DNA of 32,643 bases from a virus (Duplodnaviria > Caudoviricetes). A program made the position numbers and the translations under genes. Positions 1 to 7,082 of this stretch are shown here, piece after piece. The notes beneath the pieces were generated by a model. That model was not told the DNA's origin. It did not search any database and saw nothing but the letters and a program-made list of their open reading frames with translations. Location: positions 1 through 32,643 of the IMG/VR virus record IMGVR_UViG_3300031953_000073; one strand, given 5' to 3'. The stretch's first letter is position 1; each line of letters begins with the position of its first letter.

Positions 1-2
1 CG

Positions 3-60
3 TTAGCTCGACGAAAAGGCCGAGCTAAGCGACCTTAGCTTTGCGAAAACACGATGCTTA
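3..60. repeat. Two copies of TTAGC-N4-CGAAAA-N6-GCTWA (3-28, 35-60); third copy at 32587-32612
   Basis: Read directly: ttagc-tcga-cgaaaa-ggccga-gctaa and ttagc-tttg-cgaaaa-cacgat-gctta, 32 bp apart. Confidence 0.8.
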
Positions 61-87
61 TTTAGGCCACTATCGCCGCCCTCGGCG

Positions 88-106
88 TGCTAGTCTCTCT
101 TTCATG
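88..106 (+). promoter_or_regulatory. Extended -10 promoter for a leaderless mRNA
   Basis: TGc-TAGTCT (91-96), 7 nt, then ATG at 104; no Shine-Dalgarno sequence. Confidence 0.6.
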
Positions 107-394
107 CTTGAAACAACCCCGAAGGCGTTACCGCGCCCGCCCCGATATGACCCTTGGGCCTCGATCGCCGAGACCTTGAAACGCCACCCCGGCGTTTGGC
201 ACACTATTAGGGATGACCAGACGACCGCCACGACCAACATCAATGACGGCGTGCTCGCTGCCTTTCGCCCTGCCGGCGACTTTGAGGCGCGACGGATAGG
301 CGGCATCCTTGAGGTGCGCGCCATCGACGATCGCGTCATGCCCGACCCCCTTACGGTGAGCGATCGCCCCGACGTTAGCGAGGTCGCCCGATGA
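104..394 (+). CDS. Hypothetical protein (MLETTPK...)
   Basis: ORF 41..394 trimmed to the ATG downstream of the -10 box; ATGA overlap with the next gene. Confidence 0.75.
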   Translation: MLETTPKALPRPPRYDPWASIAETLKRHPGVWHTIRDDQTTATTNINDGVLAAFRPAGDFEARRIGGILEVRAIDDRVMPDPLTVSDRPDVSEVAR

Positions 395-576
395 CCACCA
401 ATCACAACCCGACCGCGCACGAAGAGGCCATTACCCTCTATAGCAACATGACCGACGGTGTCACTAGCTATTGGGCTACGTGCGTCGTGCACGGTGTAAT
501 CGCCGGGGCAACCGCCGACATTACCAAGCGCACCAACGCTGTCGCCCGCCACCTCGGGAGCGGGGGCACGCGATGA
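391..576 (+). CDS. Hypothetical protein
   Basis: ATGA-coupled at both ends. Confidence 0.7.
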   Translation: MTTNHNPTAHEEAITLYSNMTDGVTSYWATCVVHGVIAGATADITKRTNAVARHLGSGGTR

Positions 577-767
577 GCAGGTCAACATTTTTTAGACGCG
601 AGAGCACGTCGAGCAAGGTGCGCCGACTTGTCAAGTCGATCGTTACGGGCAAGCGCGTCAAGCTCGAGCCGATCGTCGTGCAGTGCGTCGTGTGCCGAGG
701 CACTGGCCGAGACCATACAGGAGAGTGGCCGTGCATAATCTGTAGCGGCGAGGGTAAATTACGATGA
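573..767 (+). CDS. Small zinc-finger protein (DnaJ-type CxxCxGxG pair)
   Basis: CVVCRGTG and CIICSGEG; ATG at 573 overlaps the upstream stop; ATGA-coupled to the primase gene. Confidence 0.75.
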   Translation: MSRSTFFRRESTSSKVRRLVKSIVTGKRVKLEPIVVQCVVCRGTGRDHTGEWPCIICSGEGKLR

Positions 768-3154
768 GCAAGAGCAAGCCCAAAGCAACACCGACCCCTT
801 ACGGCGACGCGGCCAAGCGTTACCTCAAGCTCGGGTTCTGGCCTATCCCGGTCAGCGGCAAGGCATACCCCGAGCCGGGCACCACCGGCAAAGACGGCAT
901 CGTCACTAAAGAGCTCGTGAAGCACCTACGCTCAGCGCGAGCAAGCCGCAATATAGCTATTCGTCATGATGGAACTATGGCCATCGATATCGATGCGGCC
1001 GACCACGACGGTAAGCGCGGCGACAAGACGATCGCCAAGCGAGAAAAGAAGTGGGGCACGCTCACCCCGACGTGGGCATCGACCGCCCGGGGCGACAAGA
1101 GCGCGACGCGCCAAGTGTTCTATCGCATCCCCGAGGGCACCAAGCTCGTCAGTGATATGCAAAAGTGGGTCACCGCCCGCGACGCCGATGGGTCAAAACT
1201 TGACGGTGGCGTCGAGATAATCCATCACGACCACCGCTATTCGGTGATCGCCCCGAGCGTGCACCCTGACACCGGGGCCGAATATCGTTGGTACGACCCA
1301 AGCGGGCAGCCAAGCGACTACCCCCCGCATATCGACGAGTTGCCCGACCTGCCCGCCAAGTGGCTCAAGAAGCTCACCGCTGTCGCCTACGACCCCGCGA
1401 GCGCCAAGACGCCCAAGGTGTCGACCGCCGTGGTAAAAACCGTCAGCGCCCCGCTCGAACTTTCCACCGACGACAACGAGCGCATCGCCCGATGGCTCGG
1501 TACTGCCGTCGACGGCATCATCGCCGACCTCGATGAGCTCACCGCCAAAGCCACAAGCAAGGCCGAGGATTACCGGGGTCTGCCTTGGGATGAAACCGTA
1601 TTCAAGAAAGCGGTACGCCTGGCCGAGCTTGCTAATGCTTGGTGGTCACCGCTCACCCTCGAGACCGCCGAGGCGATGCTCTTTGAGCATGCCCCCCGAG
1701 ACTCAGGGTTTACCGATAAGGCGGTCGCCGAGAAGTGGGCCAGCGCGACACGCACGGCAGCGGGTACCACGCTCGACTTGCCGGTCATCCCCTCGACCGA
1801 CCTCTTTACTATCCCGCTGCCCGAGGCCGAGGTGCGAGCGTCAAGGGTTAGCCCCGACTCTTTCTTTGAGGCCAAGACCGGCTTGCTCGCCGAGCGCTTG
1901 GCTGACGCGATCAGTTACGACCTCGCCCTCGGGCCTGACGGTAGCGTCTGGGTGTATGAGGCGGGGGTTTGGCGCCGACGTGATGATGAGATTGAGCGCC
2001 GAGTAACCCGTACCCTCGGTAACCGGTTCCGTCGTGAGCATGCGGGCAATGCTCGCATGATGATTACTAAGGGTCACGACTTGCCGCTCATTGGCCTCGA
2101 GCCCGACGAGCGACTGATCAACACAAGGTCGGGCATGCTTGACTGGCGTACCGGCACGCTTGAGGCTCACGACCCCGAGCTATTGTCGACGGTGCAGTTG
2201 CCCCTCGAGTATGACCCCGAGGCCGAGTGCCCCAAGTTTGACGCCTGGCTCGACAACACGATCGACGCCGACACGGTCTCGCTCGTCTGGGAAACTATCG
2301 GCTACCTCATGATGAGCGGTAACCCCCACCACCGGGCGGTGTTACTTGTCGGCAATGGCCGCAATGGTAAAGGCACACTCTTGAGGCTCATCACGGCGCT
2401 CGCCGGTAAAGCGAACACGTCGAGCCTGTCGCTCACCGATATCACTGACGGCAAGTTTGAGCCCGCCGGGCTTTTCGGCAAGCTCATCAACATCGCGGGC
2501 GACATCGACGCTAAGAGCCTGACGAGTACCGCCAAGTTCAAGGCCATCACCGGCGGCGATTCCATCCTCGCCCAGCACAAGGGCGGGCACCCTTTCGAGT
2601 TCACCCCTTGGGCCGTGCCAGTGTTTTCGGCTAACCAACTATGGCAGTCGAGCGACAACACCGACGGCTACCTCGACCGATGGCTTGTGTTGCCGTTCCC
2701 CAAGAAGTTCACCAAGCGTGGCCTTTTCAACGAGGCCGACCTACGCGCCGAGGCATCGGGGATATTCAACAAGGCGATGGTCGCTTTGCGCACACTCATG
2801 GCCCGCGGGGAGTTTGAGCTCTCGGGCCACGCCGCCGAGATCAAGCGCCGCTTTGAGCTCGAGAGCGATGTCGTCAAGATATGGCTTTCCGAGGATGAGC
2901 ACATCATCGCCAGCGAGGCGGGCAACACCGAGCTAAGGGTCGGGCGTACCGACGCTTACCGCCGTTACTCGTCATGGGCCGACCAGTCGGGGCACGGCAC
3001 TCTCAACTCGAGCAACTTTTACAAGCGCCTCGAGGCGATGGGGTTTTCAACCGTCAAGAGTAAAGGGATCCGCACGGTGCTCGGCATCGCCCTCGATGTC
3101 GGGGGTTTCATTCCATTGCATCACGACTACCAAGAAAGCGAGACAGACCAATGA
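764..3154 (+). CDS. Bifunctional DNA primase-polymerase fused to a D5/P4-type SF3 helicase
   Basis: N-terminal Prim-Pol motifs (GFWPIPV, AIDID, VIAPSVHPDTGAEYRW); D5_N-like INTRSGMLDWRTGTLEAHDP; Walker A GNGRNGKGT; FKAITGGD; VFSAN; RWLVLPF; C-terminal winged-helix-like region. Confidence 0.93.
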   Translation: MSKSKPKATPTPYGDAAKRYLKLGFWPIPVSGKAYPEPGTTGKDGIVTKELVKHLRSARASRNIAIRHDGTMAIDIDAADHDGKRGDKTIAKREKKWGTLTPTWASTARGDKSATRQVFYRIPEGTKLVSDMQKWVTARDADGSKLDGGVEIIHHDHRYSVIAPSVHPDTGAEYRWYDPSGQPSDYPPHIDELPDLPAKWLKKLTAVAYDPASAKTPKVSTAVVKTVSAPLELSTDDNERIARWLGTAVDGIIADLDELTAKATSKAEDYRGLPWDETVFKKAVRLAELANAWWSPLTLETAEAMLFEHAPRDSGFTDKAVAEKWASATRTAAGTTLDLPVIPSTDLFTIPLPEAEVRASRVSPDSFFEAKTGLLAERLADAISYDLALGPDGSVWVYEAGVWRRRDDEIERRVTRTLGNRFRREHAGNARMMITKGHDLPLIGLEPDERLINTRSGMLDWRTGTLEAHDPELLSTVQLPLEYDPEAECPKFDAWLDNTIDADTVSLVWETIGYLMMSGNPHHRAVLLVGNGRNGKGTLLRLITALAGKANTSSLSLTDITDGKFEPAGLFGKLINIAGDIDAKSLTSTAKFKAITGGDSILAQHKGGHPFEFTPWAVPVFSANQLWQSSDNTDGYLDRWLVLPFPKKFTKRGLFNEADLRAEASGIFNKAMVALRTLMARGEFELSGHAAEIKRRFELESDVVKIWLSEDEHIIASEAGNTELRVGRTDAYRRYSSWADQSGHGTLNSSNFYKRLEAMGFSTVKSKGIRTVLGIALDVGGFIPLHHDYQESETDQ

Positions 3155-3561
3155 CCGCAACGATAGGGCTACCCTCAGTATTCGTTGGGCGCCACTTTGA
3201 CGGCGACGGCTTGACTAAGTACGCCCGCGACTTGAGCGAGCCCGGCACGCTATGGCAGCGCGTCGCCGAGTCGGGGTCGATCGCGGTGACCGACGATGAG
3301 ATTGTCGTGCCCAACGCCGAGGTCGCCCTTATCGACATCGGCAGCGCCACCGAGGGCGAGGTGCGGATAGCTCACGACGATGTCTATGCGACCCTCGCCG
3401 ATTGGGATACGGCCGACGAGGCGCTTTGGCGATCGATTCACAACCTCATTGCCGCCACGCCTGGCCTTAGAGTCAACGTCGAGGATGATTGGATTATGCG
3501 GTGCTACGTCGTGCGCTGGCGTATCCGTCACCCTGAGGGGGTCGATCGCAATGGGGCTTGA
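3151..3561 (+). CDS. Hypothetical protein
   Basis: ATGA overlap with the primase stop; GAAAG upstream; 136 aa. Confidence 0.7.
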   Translation: MTATIGLPSVFVGRHFDGDGLTKYARDLSEPGTLWQRVAESGSIAVTDDEIVVPNAEVALIDIGSATEGEVRIAHDDVYATLADWDTADEALWRSIHNLIAATPGLRVNVEDDWIMRCYVVRWRIRHPEGVDRNGA

Positions 3562-3787
3562 CTTTAGCAAGCTAGACCCGACCGAGCAAAACGTCATTAG
3601 GTTCAGCGTGCGCCGGGGGGAGTTCACTATCCCGCGAGCGCTACGCGATCTTGACCCCGACCAGTGGGCTAGGCGCTTCGCGTCGAGCGTGCCCGACGAC
3701 CCCGACGTGATGGTCTCGAGTATCCGCGACGGCGACGACGACGTTTTTACATGGCGGGTTGTCACCCCGTACCGCACCGAGTTCTAG
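3551..3787 (+). CDS. Hypothetical protein (MGLDFSKLD...)
   Basis: Internal ATG of ORF 3380..3787 preceded by GAGGGGG; ends just before the terminator. Confidence 0.7.
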   Translation: MGLDFSKLDPTEQNVIRFSVRRGEFTIPRALRDLDPDQWARRFASSVPDDPDVMVSSIRDGDDDVFTWRVVTPYRTEF

Positions 3788-3796
3788 CACGCACAA

Positions 3797-3835
3797 GAAA
3801 GCCCCCGGCCTCGTGAGAGGTGCCGGGGGCTTTTC
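3797..3835. terminator. Bidirectional intrinsic terminator
   Basis: GAAAGCCCCCGGC-CTCGTGAGAGGT-GCCGGGGGCTTTTC, lying between convergent genes. Confidence 0.85.
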
Positions 3836-3847
3836 GCTTGGGCCAGG

Positions 3848-4192
3848 CTAGGCCGAGGCTTTGCGGTCGATCGCCTCGACCCATTGCACGGCGACCGCGG
3901 CGACCTGTATGAGCTCGACCCGCAACGCCGCGGGGTCATCCTCGGCGAGCGCCTCAAAAACCTCTTCGAGTAAGATGTCAGCCCATGAGACCCGACCAAA
4001 AGCGGCAGCCACGTCGGTCGCCCGGGTCGCCGAGAAAGAAAGGTCTAGCGCTGTAACGCCATCCCCCTCGCCTCGTAGCATGACGCGCTCAAGGGGCCGA
4101 GTGTCGGAACCGCTTCCGTTGGGGTGATTTTGCTCACCCCACTTAGCGTCTTGACGACCACGCTCGGTGGTTACGTCATCAAGCGCGCTCAC
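3848..4192 (-). CDS. MazG-like all-alpha nucleotide pyrophosphohydrolase
   Basis: ERGRQDAKWGEQNHP...WADILLEEVFEA...LRVELIQVAAVAVQWVEAID; acidic EExxE...E metal-binding pattern. Confidence 0.8.
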   Translation of the reverse strand: MSALDDVTTERGRQDAKWGEQNHPNGSGSDTRPLERVMLRGEGDGVTALDLSFSATRATDVAAAFGRVSWADILLEEVFEALAEDDPAALRVELIQVAAVAVQWVEAIDRKASA

Positions 4193-4368
4193 GAGGCCGT
4201 CGCCTTGCTGCCGACCTCGATGCCGGCGTCGATGAGTGTGCGGGCGACCTCGCTCTTGCTGACTTGATAGGTCTCGGCGGTCTTGTCAATGTAGTCGCCG
4301 ACCTTATCGGTGACCATGATGACGACTTGCCGAGGGTAAAGGCCGGGGGCCGCTGTCTTAGATGCCAT
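4189..4368 (-). CDS. Ribbon-helix-helix DNA-binding protein, 59 aa (absent from the ORF track)
   Basis: Hand translation MASKTAAPGLYPRQVVIMVTDKVGDYIDKTAETYQVSKSEVARTLIDAGIEVGSKATAS; CopG/Arc-like strand-helix-SxSE-helix pattern; RBS GAGAGG; GTGA overlap with the MazG-like gene. Confidence 0.8.
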   Translation of the reverse strand: MASKTAAPGLYPRQVVIMVTDKVGDYIDKTAETYQVSKSEVARTLIDAGIEVGSKATAS

Positions 4369-4408
4369 TGTTTCGGCCTCTCTCTAGTAGGGGGTAACTT
4401 ACCCAAGT

Positions 4409-4437
4409 AGACTACTTGACGCGCCAACGATAAACAA
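4409..4437 (-). promoter_or_regulatory. Leftward promoter of the RHH-MazG operon
   Basis: TTGTTT-17 nt-TAGTCT on the - strand, overlapping the rightward promoter. Confidence 0.6.
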
Positions 4438-4491
4438 CTACCTTGGAGACATCGCCCGAAACGCGGGCCTCAAGTGAAAGGTCAAGTCATG
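4414..4491 (+). repeat. 78-bp promoter-leader-RBS-ATG repeat, copy 1
   Basis: 72/78 identical to 6521-6598 by manual alignment. Confidence 0.95.
4416..4444 (+). promoter_or_regulatory. SigA-type promoter P1
   Basis: TTGACG-cgccaacgataaacaac (17 nt)-TACCTT. Confidence 0.8.
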
Positions 4492-4809
4492 CCGTACTCT
4501 CCCAAGGCCCCCGCCCCCAACCCCGCCACGCGGGTCGACCTGCCCGCCCCCGATGTCGAGCGCAAGCGCGCCGAGGCGATCAGGCTCTTTCGGGCGGTGC
4601 GCGACAATCACGGCAAAGCAAAGCTGACTTGCGCTTGCGGCGCGTGCCCGGTGCTTGTCGACTTGGACTCGGCACGCTATCGCCTTGAGGATACCCTCAA
4701 CCTCATCGAGCGACTCATCGAACACGCTCGCACGATGCACGAGACCCCGCAAGACATCGTCGCCGAGGTTGTCACAATCACGACTATCGCCAAGGTGGCG
4801 GCACGATGA
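4489..4809 (+). CDS. Hypothetical protein with a CACGAC cysteine motif
   Basis: ATG at 4489 after a GAAAGG RBS; ATGA-coupled to the next gene. Confidence 0.75.
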   Translation: MPYSPKAPAPNPATRVDLPAPDVERKRAEAIRLFRAVRDNHGKAKLTCACGACPVLVDLDSARYRLEDTLNLIERLIEHARTMHETPQDIVAEVVTITTIAKVAAR

Positions 4810-5195
4810 CCCGCTACACGCTCGAGGTCAGCGAGGCCGAGCTTGACATCGTGCGCCTCGCGCTCGGCCGCATGATCGACCCCAAGCCGATCGTCGCGCG
4901 CAAGCCCAAAGCCGACGCGCTGCCTTTCGACCCCGACACCGGCGACAGTGCGCTCGATGCTTTCATGCGCTCAAGCCGCGTCAAGCGTGGTGCACCCAAG
5001 CCGACCCCTCGGCCGCGCTACGGCGTGAGCAAGCCACCCTCTATCGCTAAGGGCGGCACGCCCAAGGTCGAGGCGGCTTGGGCCGAGGCGATCGCCAACC
5101 CCGAGCGCTGGCGTCACCAACTCATCGAGCAAGCCGCTCGTGCGACCGTGAGCTCGGCGACCCTCGTGCTCGCCGATAACGGGGTGACCTCGTGA
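4806..5195 (+). CDS. Hypothetical protein
   Basis: 4-bp overlaps at both ends. Confidence 0.7.
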   Translation: MTRYTLEVSEAELDIVRLALGRMIDPKPIVARKPKADALPFDPDTGDSALDAFMRSSRVKRGAPKPTPRPRYGVSKPPSIAKGGTPKVEAAWAEAIANPERWRHQLIEQAARATVSSATLVLADNGVTS

Positions 5196-5449
5196 CCCCG
5201 TTGCGTCGGGCTTACAAGGATTTTGAGGCCAAGCTCTTGGCGACCTTTGCCGAGGGTGAGGCCCTCGGCTTTCTTGAGGTCGGCCCCGGCGAGTGGGCAC
5301 ACGACGACCCGACCTATCGGCTCATCGACCCACTCGAATATGAGCGCCAGCAAGAGCGAAGAAAGAGGGAGCTAGATAAGATGCGCAAGAGGGATGAGAA
5401 AGGCGAGCGTCGCCGGGCACTTGAGGCGGGCCGCGGGGTGACCTCGTGA
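5192..5449 (+). CDS. Hypothetical protein with a charged helical C-terminus
   Basis: GTGA overlaps at both ends; bounded by 16-bp direct repeats. Confidence 0.7.
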   Translation: MTPLRRAYKDFEAKLLATFAEGEALGFLEVGPGEWAHDDPTYRLIDPLEYERQQERRKRELDKMRKRDEKGERRRALEAGRGVTS

Positions 5450-6084
5450 TGCTCAAGTGGCGCGACGTCGAGGTCGGGCAGCACGTCAAGCTCGCCGCGG
5501 GAGACCCCTACGTGGTCGAGAAAATCAAGACCAAGGGCAAGGTGACCAAGGTTACGGCCAGCGGCAAGCGGGGGCGGTTCACTCGCGAAGTCAAGGCCAA
5601 GGCCGAGGTCGAGGTGTTCAAGGATGAGGGCAAACACTCGCGAGCTCACGAGGCGACTCGTCGCCAGCGGGCAACCCTCGACCGTGAGCGCCCGGTGCCG
5701 ACCGGCGGGCCACGTAACGACGAGCGAGGCGTGCCCCGACGATGGGCCGAGCCTGGCGACGCCGAGTACACCAGGCCCCCCAAGAAAGCCAAGGGCGGGC
5801 CATGGGATAAGCCGTCAGACAAAGCCGAGAAGAACGTGACCAAGATGCTTGGGGCTACTCTTGTCGGGGCTACCGGCGACGCCGACAAGGGTTGGTACGT
5901 TCCCGAGCAAGGTGCCGACACTCTCGCCGCTCACCTCTTGCTCTTCCATGACGTGACTGTCGAGGCTAACGACTACGCCACGATGACACGCTTGCACGAC
6001 GACGAGCACGCTCGAGCCAAGGTGGCCCCGTTCTCGCCGCTGCATATCAATCACTGGCACACCAAAGAAAGGCCCGAACTATGA
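5446..6084 (+). CDS. Hypothetical protein (SH3/KOW-like N-terminus, His-rich C-terminus)
   Basis: WRDVEVGQHVKL...YVVEKI; AHLLLFHD...LHDDEH...HINHWH; coupled to both neighbours. Confidence 0.75.
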   Translation: MMLKWRDVEVGQHVKLAAGDPYVVEKIKTKGKVTKVTASGKRGRFTREVKAKAEVEVFKDEGKHSRAHEATRRQRATLDRERPVPTGGPRNDERGVPRRWAEPGDAEYTRPPKKAKGGPWDKPSDKAEKNVTKMLGATLVGATGDADKGWYVPEQGADTLAAHLLLFHDVTVEANDYATMTRLHDDEHARAKVAPFSPLHINHWHTKERPEL

Positions 6085-6266
6085 CCCGCGCAACGCTCGC
6101 CGAAAAGATGGCCTACACTCGGCCCGGTTACTACACCGACCCCAAGACCAATGACCTTTGGCACCTCGGCCCTCGGGGCGGTTGGTCTTGGGTCAACGGG
6201 GGTCGTTGGCGATTCATTCCGGCCGGCCTCGTATGGGTCGACGAGCCTAACCCCTATCTCTCATGA
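6081..6266 (+). CDS. Hypothetical Trp/Gly-rich protein
   Basis: GAAAGG RBS; ATGA overlaps. Confidence 0.7.
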   Translation: MTRATLAEKMAYTRPGYYTDPKTNDLWHLGPRGGWSWVNGGRWRFIPAGLVWVDEPNPYLS

Positions 6267-6526
6267 GCGCGACGCTGACCGCCGAGCAAGCCGAGACTCG
6301 CAACGCCTGGCGCGCGTACCTCGCCGACGAGGCGATCGCCAGCCACGCGAGGTCGGCGGTTGACGGCGCGACCGTCAAGAGCTATCGCTATGCGGCCGAC
6401 GCTCTCTACCCCCGAGCATGCTCGAGGTGCAAGGTGCCGAAAGCTTGCGCGAGTTTCAACATCGCGAGAGGCGCTCGCCGTCGGGCCAATTGCGCCCAGT
6501 GTTCGCGAATTTTAGCGACCACTTGA
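6263..6526 (+). CDS. Hypothetical zinc-finger protein
   Basis: CSRC...CAQC; ATGA overlap. Confidence 0.65.
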   Translation: MSATLTAEQAETRNAWRAYLADEAIASHARSAVDGATVKSYRYAADALYPRACSRCKVPKACASFNIARGARRRANCAQCSRILATT

Positions 6527-6598
6527 CGCGCCAACAATAAGCCACTACCTTAGAGACATGGCCCGAAAGGCGGGCCTCAAGTGAAAGGTCAAGTCATG
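6521..6598 (+). repeat. 78-bp promoter-leader-RBS-ATG repeat, copy 2 (contains promoter P2)
   Basis: TTGACG-cgccaacaataagccac (17 nt)-TACCTT, hairpin GGCCC-GAAAGGC-GGGCC, RBS GAAAGG, ATG at 6596. Confidence 0.95.
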
Positions 6599-6814
6599 AA
6601 AAACCTAACCACCAAAGTAGTCGTCGAGCGCATCGACACCTCGAGCGGCGAGACCGTGCAAGTTGTTTTCGATGGCGCTTTTAGCCTCACGGATTCCCTC
6701 AACATTGCCGACATCGCCAACAATGCGGCGATTGCCGTCGGGTACTCTTCCGACTACGTTGTATATGTCGTCGACATCGCCACCGGCGAGCGCGTCAAGG
6801 TGGCCCGAGCATGA
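6596..6814 (+). CDS. Hypothetical protein
   Basis: ATG ends repeat copy 2; ATGA overlap downstream. Confidence 0.75.
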   Translation: MKNLTTKVVVERIDTSSGETVQVVFDGAFSLTDSLNIADIANNAAIAVGYSSDYVVYVVDIATGERVKVARA

Positions 6815-7044
6815 GCGCCCCGCGCCGCCCCGGATACCGGGAGCCCACCCGCGCCGAGGCCGCCTATTTTGCCAAGGTGAATAAGCAATGGCTCAAGATG
6901 CACCGCCGCCAAGCTCGCCGCCAAGCGGCGAGGTGGGCCGCCGCCATCGGGCTTATCGCTTTCGTTGGCCTCACTGGCGTCGCTGCCGTTTATATCTTGG
7001 TCGTCGGTGGCATCATGCTTTTCGACGGCATCACCAACCTCTAA
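6811..7044 (+). CDS. Small membrane protein
   Basis: Basic N-terminus followed by a long hydrophobic run WAAAIGLIAFVGLTGVAAVYILVVGGIMLF. Confidence 0.7.
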   Translation: MSAPRRPGYREPTRAEAAYFAKVNKQWLKMHRRQARRQAARWAAAIGLIAFVGLTGVAAVYILVVGGIMLFDGITNL

Positions 7045-7082
7045 AACAACCGCAACACCAACCCCCGAAAGAGAGACCCCTC

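Noticed and set aside
3848-4192. MazZ of a 2-aminoadenine (Z-genome) pathway
   Set aside because: No PurZ, DatZ or dedicated DNA polymerase is recognisable in the window.
4179-4427. ORF-track 82-aa reverse ORF
   Set aside because: The alternative frame 4368-4189 has an RBS, an RHH pattern and GTGA coupling to the next gene.
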